Origin: an uncultured Actinomycetes bacterium
Lineage (GTDB): Bacteria > Actinomycetota > Thermoleophilia > Gaiellales > JALYLC01
Direction of reading: 5' to 3'
Assembly: GCA_963743275.1 (NCBI GenBank)
Contig: CAVUPB010000011.1
Location: forward strand, 72,153 to 136,152
DNA length: 64,000 bases
In this document: piece after piece, positions 26,419 to 36,173 of the stretch
Position numbering within the stretch: the first letter of the stretch is position 1
Layout: every line of letters begins with the position of its first letter
Program-made: the position numbers and the translations under genes
Notes under the pieces: generated by a model
Seen by the model: only the letters and a program-made list of their open reading frames with translations
Told to the model about the DNA's origin: nothing
Databases searched by the model: none

Positions 26419-27825
26419 GTGTCGATCTCCACCTTCGTCGGCCTCGAGACCGCGCTGCGCGGACTGCTCGCCCAGCAGCAGGCGCTCGACCTCGCCGGCC
26501 ACAACGTCGCCAACGCGAACACCGCCGGCTACACGCGCCGGGTCGCGAACCTCGCCACCTCGATACCGCTCCAGGTCGCGCCGGGAATGCTGCTCGGCAC
26601 GGGCGTCAACGTCGTCTCGTACCAGCGCATCCGCGACGGCTTCCTCGACACCCAGCTGCGGGCGCAGACGATGCTCCAGGGCGCTGCCGAGGCCAAGCAG
26701 GAGGGGCTCGGCCAGGTCGAGTCGGTGCTGAACGAGCCGTCGGACAGTGGACTCGGCAACCTGCTCGGCAAGTACTGGTCGGCCTGGCAGAACGTCGCGA
26801 ACGCGCCGGAGGACGTCGCCACCCGCCAGGCTCTCGTCGAGGCCGCCTCGAGCCTCGCCTCCGGCTTCAACTCCATCTCCTCGCAGCTCGGCACGATCAG
26901 GACGCAGACGAGCCAGGAGACCCAGCTGACGGTCGACGAGATCAACTCGGACGGCCAGGATCTCAGCAGCCTCAACAAGGCGATCTTCGACGCGACGGCG
27001 ATGGGCAACACGCCCGACGACCTGCTCGACCAGCGCGATCTCGTGCTCGACAAGCTCAGCAAGCTCGGCTCCGTCAGCACGACCGACAACGGCGACGGGA
27101 CGATCAAGGTGACGTTCTCGGGCGTCACGCTCGTCGACGGGACGACCCAGCACGTCGTGAGCGAGAGCGGCGGCACGCTGTCGAACGACATGGCCGTGCC
27201 GGAGACCGCCGCGCTCGGCGCGACGACGGGCAAGCTCGGCGCCCTCGTCGCCCTGCGCGACGTGACGCTGCCGGGGTACGCCGCGCAGCTCGACTCGATC
27301 GCCGCGACGCTGATCACGCAGACGAACGCCCTGCAGGCCGGCGGCGTCGACGTGAACGGGGTCACGCAGACCGGGGGCTACGGCCTCGACGGCTCGACGG
27401 GAGTCGCGTTCTTCTCGGGCACGAATGCGGCGACGATCGGCGTGAGCGTGACCGCGGCCAAGATCGCAGCCGCCTCGGCGTCGGGGAAGCCCGGCGACAA
27501 CACGAACGCGCTCCGGATCTCCGACGTCGCGTACGACAAGACGCTCGCCCCGCTCGGCGGCGCGACGATCGACGACGCCTACTCGACGCTCGTCACCACG
27601 ATCGGCTCCGCCTCCGAGGGCGCCACGCGCGCGGTCGGCAACGCGGGCGCGCTCGTCGCGACGCTCACGAACCGGCGCGACTCCATCTCGGGCGTCTCGA
27701 TGGACGAGGAGATGACGAACCTCATCAAGTTCCAGCAGGGCTACCAGGCGGCCGCCCGCGCGCTGACGACGATGGACGACGTGATCGAGCTCCTGATCAC
27801 CCGCACCGGGAGGGCCGGACTATGA
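26419..27825 (+). CDS. flgK: Flagellar hook-associated protein 1 FlgK
   Basis: MSISTFVGLETALRGLLAQQQALDLAGHNVANANTAGYTRR and C-terminal VSMDEEMTNLIKFQQGYQAAARALTTMDDVIELLI. Confidence 0.9.
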   Translation: MSISTFVGLETALRGLLAQQQALDLAGHNVANANTAGYTRRVANLATSIPLQVAPGMLLGTGVNVVSYQRIRDGFLDTQLRAQTMLQGAAEAKQEGLGQVESVLNEPSDSGLGNLLGKYWSAWQNVANAPEDVATRQALVEAASSLASGFNSISSQLGTIRTQTSQETQLTVDEINSDGQDLSSLNKAIFDATAMGNTPDDLLDQRDLVLDKLSKLGSVSTTDNGDGTIKVTFSGVTLVDGTTQHVVSESGGTLSNDMAVPETAALGATTGKLGALVALRDVTLPGYAAQLDSIAATLITQTNALQAGGVDVNGVTQTGGYGLDGSTGVAFFSGTNAATIGVSVTAAKIAAASASGKPGDNTNALRISDVAYDKTLAPLGGATIDDAYSTLVTTIGSASEGATRAVGNAGALVATLTNRRDSISGVSMDEEMTNLIKFQQGYQAAARALTTMDDVIELLITRTGRAGL

Positions 27826-28706
27826 CCGATCGGATCACGAACGCGATGACGTCGCGGACCGTGATGTCGGACATCCAGAGCGTCTTCGCGCAGCTCGCGA
27901 AGACCCAGGCGAAGCTCTCTTCGGGCAAGCAGCTGACCAAGCCCTCGGACGATCCGTTCGGGACGAGCCGCGCGCTGCTCTACCGCGCGGGCCTCGAGGC
28001 GAACAGGCAGTACCAGGCCAACACGGCCGACGCCTCCGCCTGGCTCGGGGCCACCGACACCGCGCTCAGCCAGATGGGCAGCGACGCGAACCGCGCGCGC
28101 GATCTCATCCTCCAGGCCGCGAACGGCACGCTCTCGCTCTCCCAGCGCGGCACGATCGCCTCGGAGCTCGACCAGATCGCCGAGTCGATCAAGTCGGCTG
28201 CGAACACCCAGTACGCCGGGCGCTACATCTTCTCCGGCTCGGCGACGACGACGGCGCCGTTCTCGGCCTCGGGTGCCGACACCTACCTCGGCAACTCGGA
28301 CTCGATCAGCCGCGAGATCGGCCAGAACATCCAGGTGCCGATCAACGTCACGGGCGACGCGGTGGCGACCCCGCTGCTCGCGGCGATCCGCCAGGCCGCC
28401 GTGGACATGCGCGCCGGCGGCACCCCCGCCAACCTGAGCACCGTCGACCTCGCGGCGATGGACGCCGCCAGCGACACGATCCTGACGACGCGCGCGACGG
28501 TCGGCGCGCACACGAACCGCCTCACCGCCGCGAGCGACCGGCTGCAGCAGCTCGAGCAGGCGCAGACGCAGCAGCTCTCCGACACCGAGGACGCCGACGT
28601 CGCCCAGACGATGATCGATTTCTCGAATCAGTCGGCGGTCTACCAGGCCGCGCTCAAGGCCGGCGCGAACCTGATCCAGCCCTCGCTCCTCAACTTCCTC
28701 AAATAG
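27822..28706 (+). CDS. flgL: Flagellar hook-associated protein 3 FlgL
   Basis: ATGA overlap with flgK. MTDRITNAMTSRTVMSDIQSVFAQLAKTQAKLSSGKQLTKPSDDP and a flagellin-like C-terminus. Confidence 0.85.
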   Translation: MTDRITNAMTSRTVMSDIQSVFAQLAKTQAKLSSGKQLTKPSDDPFGTSRALLYRAGLEANRQYQANTADASAWLGATDTALSQMGSDANRARDLILQAANGTLSLSQRGTIASELDQIAESIKSAANTQYAGRYIFSGSATTTAPFSASGADTYLGNSDSISREIGQNIQVPINVTGDAVATPLLAAIRQAAVDMRAGGTPANLSTVDLAAMDAASDTILTTRATVGAHTNRLTAASDRLQQLEQAQTQQLSDTEDADVAQTMIDFSNQSAVYQAALKAGANLIQPSLLNFLK

Positions 28707-28727
28707 GCCCGAAAGGAGGCCGAGCAC

Positions 28728-29210
28728 ATGCACATCGAAAGCACCCGGTTCGGCACGATCGAGGTCCGGGACGACGCGGTGATCACCTTCGCCGACGGAC
28801 TTCCCGGACTGCCCGGCCAGCAGTGGAGCCTCGTCGCCACCGACGAGAACTCCCCGTTCTTCTGGCTGCACTCGATCGAGCACCCCGACGTGGCGCTGCC
28901 CGTCACCTCGCCCTGGCTGTTCTTCAGCAACTACGAGGTGCGCCTCTCCGACGACGAGGCCGCGCGGCTCGGGCTCAGCGACGCCGGCGATGCGTACATC
29001 GTGTGCGTCGTGCGGGCCGCCGAGCACCTGGACGAGTTCACCATCAACCTCGTCAGCCCGCTCGTCATCAACGCCGGCACGCGCCAGGGCCGGCAGGTCA
29101 TCAACGACACGGGCGGCTACTCTGTCCGGCATCCCCTCTTCTCCGAGGTGGAGCTGGAAGCGGTGCGGTCGAGCCAAGCGGCCGTCCCGGTAGCGGCGGC
29201 AGGCGGTTGA
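28728..29210 (+). CDS. fliW: Flagellar assembly factor FliW
   Basis: IESTRFGTIEVRDDAVITFADGLPGLPGQQWSLV...PFFWLHSIEHPDVALPVTSPW...NLVSPLVIN. Confidence 0.9.
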   Translation: MHIESTRFGTIEVRDDAVITFADGLPGLPGQQWSLVATDENSPFFWLHSIEHPDVALPVTSPWLFFSNYEVRLSDDEAARLGLSDAGDAYIVCVVRAAEHLDEFTINLVSPLVINAGTRQGRQVINDTGGYSVRHPLFSEVELEAVRSSQAAVPVAAAGG

Positions 29211-29232
29211 AAGGCAAGGGAAGCGATCACCG

Positions 29233-29475
29233 ATGCTCGTGATCACGCGCAAGTCCGGTGAGCAGATCTGTCTCGGCGACGACGTCACCATCACGGTGCT
29301 CGACGTCACCGGATCGACAGTGAGGCTCGGCATCGAGGCGCCGGCGGAGATCCCCATCTTCCGTGGGGAGATCTGGGCCGACGTCAAGGCCGAGAACCGG
29401 GCAGCGGCGAACGCGAGCGTCGACGCAATCCCCCCTGTCAAGAACCGCACGGATCCGGGCCCCTCCGGGGCCTGA
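29233..29475 (+). CDS. csrA: Carbon storage regulator CsrA (flagellin translational repressor type)
   Basis: MLVITRKSGEQICLGDDVTITVLDVTGSTVRLGIEAPAEIPIFRGEI. Confidence 0.95.
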   Translation: MLVITRKSGEQICLGDDVTITVLDVTGSTVRLGIEAPAEIPIFRGEIWADVKAENRAAANASVDAIPPVKNRTDPGPSGA

Positions 29476-29521
29476 GCCCGCCTTCATTTTCAGCTCATCC
29501 TCGGAAAGGACTGACGGTCCC

Positions 29522-30337
29522 ATGGGACTTCGCATCGAGACCAACATCGAAGCGATGGATGCGCATCGCAACTTGCTCGCCACGTCGACGAAGATCTCTC
29601 AGTCGATGTCGCGGCTCAGCTCCGGCTACCGCATCAACAAGGCGGCGGACGACGCCGCCGGCCTCGCGATCAGCGAGAAGCTGCAGACGCAGGTCGGCGG
29701 CCTCAACCAGGCGCAGCGCAACGCGCAGGACGCCGTCTCGCTCGTGCAGACGGCAGAGGGCTCGATGAGCGAGGTGCAGTCGATGCTGCAGCGCGTTCGC
29801 GACCTCGCCGTGCAGTACAACAACGGCACGCTGTCGGCCTCCGACAAGGCCTCGATCACGAACGAGGTCACGCAGCTCTGCGACGAGATCGCACGCATCG
29901 CCTCGCAGACGAAGTTCAACGGCATCTCGCTGCTCACCGGCGCCGGCGTCATCAGCTTCCAGATCGGCGCCAACGACGGCGAGACGATCAGCGTGTCGAC
30001 GCGCGACATGTTCGGCGCGAGCTCGACGTATGACGTCAACTCCGCGCTGTTCACCTTCGGCGCGACGGTCACGCTGGCCTCGATCGACGCGGCGATCGAC
30101 AACATCTCGACCGCGCGCTCGACGTTCGGCGCGGTGCAGAACCGCCTCGAGCACACGCTCAACAACCTCGCGATCTACTCGGAGAACCTGAGCGCCTCCG
30201 TGAGCCAGATCAAGGACGTCGACATGGCGGCCGAGATGGTGAACTTCACGAAGCTGCAGATCCTGCAGTCGGCCGGCACCTCGATGCTGGCGCAGGCGAA
30301 CAGCGCTCCGCAGTCCGTGCTCAAGCTGCTCGGCTGA
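29522..30337 (+). CDS. fliC: Flagellin (271 aa), copy 1
   Basis: N-terminal LSSGYRINKAADDAAGLAISEKL and C-terminal FGAVQNRLEHT...DMAAEMVNFTKLQILQSAGTSMLAQANSAPQSVLKLL. It follows the fliW-csrA-flagellin order seen in Bacillus. Confidence 0.95.
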   Translation: MGLRIETNIEAMDAHRNLLATSTKISQSMSRLSSGYRINKAADDAAGLAISEKLQTQVGGLNQAQRNAQDAVSLVQTAEGSMSEVQSMLQRVRDLAVQYNNGTLSASDKASITNEVTQLCDEIARIASQTKFNGISLLTGAGVISFQIGANDGETISVSTRDMFGASSTYDVNSALFTFGATVTLASIDAAIDNISTARSTFGAVQNRLEHTLNNLAIYSENLSASVSQIKDVDMAAEMVNFTKLQILQSAGTSMLAQANSAPQSVLKLLG

Positions 30338-30378
30338 GGATTCGACCCCGGCGGAGCCCGGGGGATTCGCGATCGGAC

Positions 30379-30411
30379 GAAGGCCCGCCTCCGGCGGGCC
30401 TTCGCCGTTTT
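30379..30411 (+). terminator. Rho-independent terminator after fliC copy 1
   Basis: GAAGGCCCGCC-TCC-GGCGGGCCTTC followed by GCCGTTTTC. Confidence 0.7.
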
Positions 30412-30440
30412 CGCCGGCTTCGCCGCACTTGGGGCGTGCC

Positions 30441-30467
30441 TCAACTGCGACCGCCGCCGGCCGATTA
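30441..30467 (+). promoter_or_regulatory. Sigma-28-type promoter spaced for a leaderless CHAP-hydrolase mRNA
   Basis: TCAA-N15-GCCGATTA, with 8 nt to ATG 30476. Confidence 0.55.
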
Positions 30468-30475
30468 CCCGGGCG

Positions 30476-31099
30476 ATGCCGATCACCGACGTCGTCAGCC
30501 GCGTGACCGAGATCGAGACGCTCGCCGCGCGCACTTCGGGATCCGTCCCGCCCGACGCGAGCGCGGCCTTCTCCACGGCGCTCACCGCCGCGGCAGCGCC
30601 CTCGCCTCTGGCCACGGCGCAGCCCGCAGCGCTCGACGCCGTCGCGCGGCCCGTGCTGCTCGGCGGCACGAGCGGCGCGAACGTGCTCGCCGCGGCCGAG
30701 AGCCAGGTCGGCCAGAGCGAGCAGCCGCCCGGCTCGAACGACGGCCCCCAGCTCGCGGTCTACCGCACCGCGGTGGCCGGCTCGGCGGCGGGTCAGCCGT
30801 GGTGCGCGACCTTTGCCTCGTGGTGCGCTGCGCAGGCGGGGGTCCCGGTCGGCGACGGTGGCAGCGGCTCGGCCTCGGTCGCCGCGATCGCGGACTGGGC
30901 CTCGCGCTCCGGGCGCCTCCTGCCCGCGTCGTCGACGCCGGCTCCGGGCGATCTGATCCTCTTCGGCGGTCGCCACATCGGCATCGTCGAGTCGGTCAAC
31001 GCCGACGGCTCGCTGACGACGGTCGAGGGCAACCACGGCAACGCCGTGAGCCGCGCCCACCGGTCGCCCTCCGAGGCGACCGGCTACGTGCGTCTCTGA
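30476..31099 (+). CDS. CHAP-domain peptidoglycan hydrolase (amidase/endopeptidase)
   Basis: C-terminal CHAP-like QPWCATFASWCAAQAG...PGDLILFGGRHIGIVESVNADGSLTTVEGN, with the catalytic Cys and His in context. Confidence 0.75.
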   Translation: MPITDVVSRVTEIETLAARTSGSVPPDASAAFSTALTAAAAPSPLATAQPAALDAVARPVLLGGTSGANVLAAAESQVGQSEQPPGSNDGPQLAVYRTAVAGSAAGQPWCATFASWCAAQAGVPVGDGGSGSASVAAIADWASRSGRLLPASSTPAPGDLILFGGRHIGIVESVNADGSLTTVEGNHGNAVSRAHRSPSEATGYVRL

Positions 31100-31107
31100 G
31101 CCGTTCG

Positions 31108-31296
31108 TCAGACGCGCACGTCGACGTGCGGGAAGTCGTCGTCGTCGCCCTCGGGGGGAGCTTCGCGCTGCTCGCCACCGCGCTCGCGCGGGGAAGGGCG
31201 CCCCTCGTCGCCGCTGCGGTGGCGCCGCGCGACGGGCCGCGCCGGCGGGGCCGGCGTGACGAGGGGGAGGTCGACCGGGTCGACCGGCGAGCTCAT
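31108..31296 (-). CDS. Small hypothetical protein (62 aa)
   Basis: Its start overlaps the upstream stop (ATGA). Acidic/Pro-rich with no family recognised. It may be non-coding. Confidence 0.25.
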   Translation of the reverse strand: MSSPVDPVDLPLVTPAPPARPVARRHRSGDEGRPSPRERGGEQREAPPEGDDDDFPHVDVRV

Positions 31297-31583
31297 CCGG
31301 CCCGCTCCTCAGCGCCGCGGACGCGGTTGCGCCGGGCGGCCGCGATGGCCTGGCCGGTGAGCACGCGCCGCCAGACCGCGACGGCGGCGGCCCATGTGAG
31401 CAGGTACGCGACCACGCCGGCCGCGAACGCGTGCTCGAGCGCCGGAGCGAGCGCAGCGCCGTGCGTGAGGCCGGCGGCGAGCACGACGCCGTAGCCGGCC
31501 ATGCCGCCGAACGCCTTGCTGCGGCGGATCGCGATTCCGGCACTGGGGTGCTCCGCGAGCGATGTGAGGTGAGACTCGGACAT
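31293..31583 (-). CDS. Small two-TM membrane protein (96 aa) downstream of flhF
   Basis: MSESHLTSLAEHPSAG... with hydrophobic stretches FGGMAGYGVVLAAGL and AAGVVAYLLTWAAAVAVW. It sits where flhG usually lies. Confidence 0.4.
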   Translation of the reverse strand: MSESHLTSLAEHPSAGIAIRRSKAFGGMAGYGVVLAAGLTHGAALAPALEHAFAAGVVAYLLTWAAAVAVWRRVLTGQAIAAARRNRVRGAEERAG

Positions 31584-31611
31584 CAGGTGGGCTGGGCGAT
31601 CCCGGGCGATC

Positions 31612-32877
31612 TCAGCGAACCGCCATGCGGACGAGCTCCTCGGGCTCGGCCGGATGCAGGCCGGTGGTGGCGAGCGGGCTGTCGGTGACGAACGAGATCG
31701 GCAGGCCGTAGGCGAGCGAGAGCACGACCGGCATGCAGGTCTCCGCGCGGCGGTCCGCCCCGGTGACGAGGATCTGCGAAGGCTCGAGCGGCCCGGAGAG
31801 CTTGTCGAGCACTGCCCGGCCGGACTCGAAGTCGACGTCCGTGGGCATGACCACGTGGGTCTCGTCCGCGCGCAGCTTGCCCAGCAGGCGAGCCGATCGT
31901 GCGAACGAGCGCGCGTTGCGCGGGTCGAGCGGCGGGGTGTCGACGACGACGACCTCCGACTTGCGCAGACGCGCGCGCGAGATCGAGTCCGGGCGGCTCG
32001 CGACCTCGAACTCGATGCCGTCGTGGTCGGTGAGCCGGCCGAGCTCGAACGCGGTGCGGGCGGGCTCGAGGCTGACCGCCAGCACCCGCCGGCCCGCCGC
32101 TGCATACGTGTGGCAGAGCTTCGCGGCCGTGAGCGTCCGGCCCGACTCGGCCGTGCCGACGAGGGCGATGATGCGGCGCTTCTTCTCGCACCCGGCGGAT
32201 ACGCGGACGCGGCGCGTGAGCGCTCGCCGCGCCAGGACGCCGAACGGCTCGTCGGGAGCAAAGGGGAGCAACGTGCGCACGGCGTCATGGATGATGTCCT
32301 CGGCGAACTCGGCGCTGAAGCCGGCGGCGAGCAGATTGGCGCGCGCGGTCTCCGACTCGTCGGCGCTCGGGGTCAGCGGCCTCGGCCGCCGGGCGATCGC
32401 CGGCTTCTCGGCAGGGATGTCCGCCCGCACCTCGGCCGGGGCGCTCACGCGCAGCTCGGCCAGGGCATCCGTCCGCGCCTCGGCCGGCACGCTCGCCCGC
32501 GGCTCGGCCGGGGCGTCCGGGCGCAGCTCGGCCGGCACGTCCGGGCGAACCTCCGCCAGTGCATGCGACAGCTCGGACGCAAACGGCGACGTCTGGTCGA
32601 TCAGCGTCTGCAAGAGCGCGCTCTTCGGGTCGGTCCGCGGCTGGCCCGTGTCGTAGGCGTCGATCACGGCGCGCGGAGGCTGGGATTGCCGCACCGCCGC
32701 CGGGCGTGCCTCGACCTCGACGCACTTCTTGCCGAAGAAGCCCCCGACGCCGCCGACGACCCCCTCGCGCTGACGGACGATCACCGCATCAGGACCGAGC
32801 TCGCTGCGGATGCGCGGCAGCACCTCCTCGAGGGTGCCGCCCCGGTAGGTGGTGGTCGTATGTCGGGTGTTGCTCAT
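31612..32877 (-). CDS. flhF: Flagellar biosynthesis protein FlhF (SRP-type GTPase fold) with degenerate G motifs
   Basis: N-terminal [32 protein letters not shown] and an NG-like domain. G1 reads GTAESGRT and G3 reads DTPP. Six octapeptide repeats lie at about 32410-32553. Confidence 0.75.
   Translation of the reverse strand: MSNTRHTTTTYRGGTLEEVLPRIRSELGPDAVIVRQREGVVGGVGGFFGKKCVEVEARPAAVRQSQPPRAVIDAYDTGQPRTDPKSALLQTLIDQTSPFASELSHALAEVRPDVPAELRPDAPAEPRASVPAEARTDALAELRVSAPAEVRADIPAEKPAIARRPRPLTPSADESETARANLLAAGFSAEFAEDIIHDAVRTLLPFAPDEPFGVLARRALTRRVRVSAGCEKKRRIIALVGTAESGRTLTAAKLCHTYAAAGRRVLAVSLEPARTAFELGRLTDHDGIEFEVASRPDSISRARLRKSEVVVVDTPPLDPRNARSFARSARLLGKLRADETHVVMPTDVDFESGRAVLDKLSGPLEPSQILVTGADRRAETCMPVVLSLAYGLPISFVTDSPLATTGLHPAEPEELVRMAVR
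32410..32553 (-). repeat. Six imperfect 24-nt (8-aa) tandem repeats inside flhF
   Basis: [48 protein letters not shown]. Confidence 0.8.
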
Positions 32878-32893
32878 GGGTCAACCTTTCGTC

Positions 32894-34944
32894 TCATGCG
32901 GCCACCAATCCGGCGCTCTCGACTCTGATTCCAGCGACGATCTCGTTGTAGGAGACGACCGCAAGCTGCGGGAACGCCTGCTCGACGAGCTGGCGCAGGT
33001 GCCTCCGGACGCGGCTCGAGCAGACGACGACGGGTCGCCCGCCGGCGGCGGTCATGCGCTCGACGGAGTCGCCGAGCGAGGCGAGCAGCGCGTGCGCCCG
33101 CACCGGGTCGAGCGCGAGCACCTCGCCCTCGGGCGTGAGCGCGAGCGAGTCGGCGACCTCGTGCTCGAGGGCCGGGTCGAGCGAGATCGCCCGCAGCGTG
33201 TTCTCCGCGTCGAGGTAGCCCGAGGTGATCGTGCGCCCGAGCGCCTGGCGCGCCGCCTCGGCCAGCTGGGCCGGTTCGCGCGTGAGCATGGCGCGGTCGC
33301 CGATCGCCTCGAGGATGGTGCCGAGGTCGCGGATCGAGACGCCCTCGCGCAGCAGGTGCTGCAGCACGCGCTGCACCTCGCCGATCCCGAGCTTGTCGGG
33401 CACGACGTCGTCGACGGCGGCCGAGTTCTGCTCCTTGAGCCCGTCGAGCAGCTTCTTCGTCTCCTGGCGCGTCAGCAGCTCGTCGGCGTGGCGGCGGATC
33501 GTCTCGGTCAGGTGCGTGACGATGACCGACTCGCCGTCGACGACCGTGTAGCCGAGCGCCTCGGCCTCGGCGCGGCCGCTGTCGTCGATCCAGACGGCGG
33601 GCAGCCCGAAGGCCGGCTCGGTCGTCGGGATGCCGGCGAGGCCCGGAATCGCGTCGCCCGGGTTCATCGCCAGGCGATGGCCGGCGATCAGCCGGCTGCG
33701 CGCCACCTCGGCGCCGCGCACCTTGATCACGTACTCGTGGGAGTCGAGCGCCACCTCGTCGTGGATCCGCACGGGGGCGATCACGATCCCCAGCTCGCCT
33801 GCGATCTGGCGCCGGATGAGCCCGACGCGTGCCAGCAGTCCTCCGCCCGAGCGCTGGTCGACGAGCGGCACGAGCCCGAAGCCGATCGAGAGCTCGAGCG
33901 GGTCGACCGCGAGCGCGCCGAGCACCGGGTCGGTCGGGGGCGCCTCGAGCTCCAGGGCCGTCTGCGACGGGAGGGCCGCCTCGGCCTTCTTCTGCTGGGC
34001 GATGGTGCGGCCGATCAGCACGAGCGCTCCGCCGACGACGAAGAAGGGCAGCTTCGGCAGGCCCGGCACGAGCCCCATGGCGCAGATCACGCCGCCGCCG
34101 AGCATCGTCGCGCGCGGCTGGCTGAGCAGCTGCGCGGTGATCTCGCTGCCGAGATCCTTGTCGCTGCCCGAGCGCGTGACGATGATGCCGGTCGCGGTCG
34201 AGATCAGCAGCGCCGGGATCTGCGCCGCGAGGCCGTCGCCGATCGTCAGCAGGGCGAACGTGTGGAGCGCCTGCGAGATCGTCAGATGGTGCTGACAGCA
34301 TGCCGACGGCGATGCCGCCGATGAGGTTGATGACGACGATGATCACGCCGGCCACGGCGTCGCCCTTGACGAACTTGGACGCGCCGTCCATCGCGCCGTA
34401 GAAGTCGGCCTCCTTGCGGATCTCGAGCCGGCGCGCGCGGGCCTCGTCGTCGGTGATCTGCCCGGCGTTGAGGTCGGCGTCGATCGCCATCTGCTTGCCG
34501 GGCATCGCGTCGAGCGTGAAGCGCGCCGCCACCTCGGCGACGCGCCCCGCGCCGTTCGTGATCACGACGAACTGGATCACGATGAGGATGAGGAAGACCA
34601 CGAGGCCGACCACGAGGTTGCCGCCGACGACGAAGTTGCCGAATGCGTGGATGACGCCGCCCGCATCGCCGTGGAGCAGGATCAGGCGCGTGACGCTGAC
34701 GTTGATCGCGAGCCGCAGCAGGGTCGTGAAGAGCAGGAGCGACGGGAACGCGGCGAATTCGAGCGGCGCGCGGCACGTACATCGTCGTGATCACGATCAC
34801 GAGCGCGCCGGCGATGTTGAGGGTGATGATGAGGTCGATCAGCGCCGACGGAAGCGGCACGACCATCATCACGACGACGAGGACGACCGCGAATGCCGCG
34901 GCCAGGTCGCTCTGCTTCAGCAGGCGCTTCAGGAACGCGTCCAC
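32894..34944 (-). pseudogene. flhA: Flagellar export gate protein FlhA, split over three frames by two single-base insertions (near 34764-34776 and at about 34295)
   Basis: Segment A (34944 down to about 34774): MDAFLKRLL...[16 protein letters not shown]. Segment B: [61 protein letters not shown]...[13 protein letters not shown]. Segment C: [41 protein letters not shown]... to the stop at 32894. Together they give a colinear FlhA of about 682 aa. Confidence 0.85.
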
Positions 34945-35093
34945 GGGCTACCGGCCCTCGCCCGGGAGGGCGGGGCCGACGGGGCGGCGCACGCCCGGCG
35001 GGAGCGTGCGCCGCGGATCGGGGAGATTCCGAGCAGGCACTGCTCCCGGTTGATCGGCCGGGGCGCGCGCTGCTTTAGACATCGCGCGGTTCG

Positions 35094-36170
35094 TCATGCG
35101 GCCCGGGTGACGGCGCGCAGCCGCCCGGCCGCCCGCAGGACGAACGCGAGCACCTGCGCGACGGCGGTGAAGAGCTCCTCCGGGATCTGCGCGCCGAGCT
35201 CGACGTCCCGGTAGAGCGCGCGGGCGAGGGGCGCCTCGTGCACGATCGTCACGCCTGCCTCCTCGGCGGCCTTGCGGATCGCCAGCGCGACGTGATCCAC
35301 GCCCTTCGCGACGACCTCCGGCGCGGGCCGCGTGCCGTCGTAGCGGAGGGCGACGGCGTAGTGCGTCGGGTTGACGATGACGACGTCGGCGCTCGGGACG
35401 TCGGCGAGCATGCGCCTGCGGGCCATCTCGGACTGCCGCCGGCGCATCTGTCCCTTCATCTCGGGCGCGACGTCCGCCTCCTTGGCCTCGCGCCGCACCT
35501 CGTCCTTGGTCATCTTCAGCGTCTTCTCGTGCTTGCGCCTCTGCCACGCGTAGTCGGCCCCGGCCACGAGCACGAGCACGGCGGCGACGCGCAGCGCGAT
35601 CGAGAGGATGGTGTGCGCGAGCGCCGACGCGAGCTGGCCGGGCGGCATGCCCACGAGCGTGCCCATCGTCGGCAGCTGCGACCAGACGGCCGAGAACGCG
35701 ACGCCCGCGATGATCGCGGTCTTCACGAGGCTCTTCGCGAGCTCGAACGCCTGCGCCGGCCCGAACATCCGCTTGAACCCCTTGATCAGGCTGAGCTTCG
35801 CGAAGGACGGCTTGAGGGCGTGCCCGCTGAGACGGAAGCCCACCTGGGCGACGCTCGCCAGCACGCCTGCGACCGCTGCGGCGATCATCACGGGCGCCAC
35901 CATCCCGGCGAAGGAGCTCAGCGCCCAGCTCGTGATCTCCCCCCGGCCGGACGAGGTCGCGAAGCTCGGGTCGGCGGAACGGCTGAGGCCGCTGGACATG
36001 ATCGCCTCGGCGCGCCCGAGCATGCGCGGGCCCGTCAGCGCGAGCGCGCCGAAGGTCGCGAGCAGCACGACGACCGAGTTGACCTCCGCGGAGCGGGCGA
36101 CCTGGCCTTCCTTGCGCGCCTTCTCGCGGCGCTTGCCGGTCGGCTTCTCGGTCTTGCCGTGGTCGGCCAC
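35094..36170 (-). CDS. flhB: Flagellar export protein FlhB
   Basis: MADHGKTEKPTGKRREKARKEGQVARSAE..., NPTHYAVAL autocleavage motif and a C-terminal domain. Confidence 0.95.
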   Translation of the reverse strand: MADHGKTEKPTGKRREKARKEGQVARSAEVNSVVVLLATFGALALTGPRMLGRAEAIMSSGLSRSADPSFATSSGRGEITSWALSSFAGMVAPVMIAAAVAGVLASVAQVGFRLSGHALKPSFAKLSLIKGFKRMFGPAQAFELAKSLVKTAIIAGVAFSAVWSQLPTMGTLVGMPPGQLASALAHTILSIALRVAAVLVLVAGADYAWQRRKHEKTLKMTKDEVRREAKEADVAPEMKGQMRRRQSEMARRRMLADVPSADVVIVNPTHYAVALRYDGTRPAPEVVAKGVDHVALAIRKAAEEAGVTIVHEAPLARALYRDVELGAQIPEELFTAVAQVLAFVLRAAGRLRAVTRAA

Positions 36171-36173
36171 CGG

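Noticed and set aside
25827-28706. 959-aa plus-strand ORF spanning flgN, flgK and flgL. There are similar long fusions at 10676..12661, 13987..15639, 14874..17060, 19265..20872, 57082..59622, 59558..61582 and 61910..63769.
   Set aside because: Only the C-terminal part of each is a real gene (FlgL, permease, SLT, FliK, MotB, FliG, FliI, FliY). The upstream parts overlap other well-supported genes in a different frame and read as junk. Real starts were placed at ATG/GTG codons that overlap the preceding stop.
34948-35097. 49-codon ORF in the flhB-flhA gap. It starts with an ATGA overlap on the flhB stop and ends with TAG only 3 nt before, and in frame with, the flhA GTG. It was considered as a third lesion (a nonsense codon in an N-terminally extended FlhA).
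   Set aside because: The first half uses many A/T-ending codons (TCT, AAA, GCA, GAT, CAA, GGA, CCT, GCT, AAT), unlike genuine genes here. FlhA starting at MDAFLKRLL... already has a normal-length N-terminus before TM1. It is most likely noncoding.
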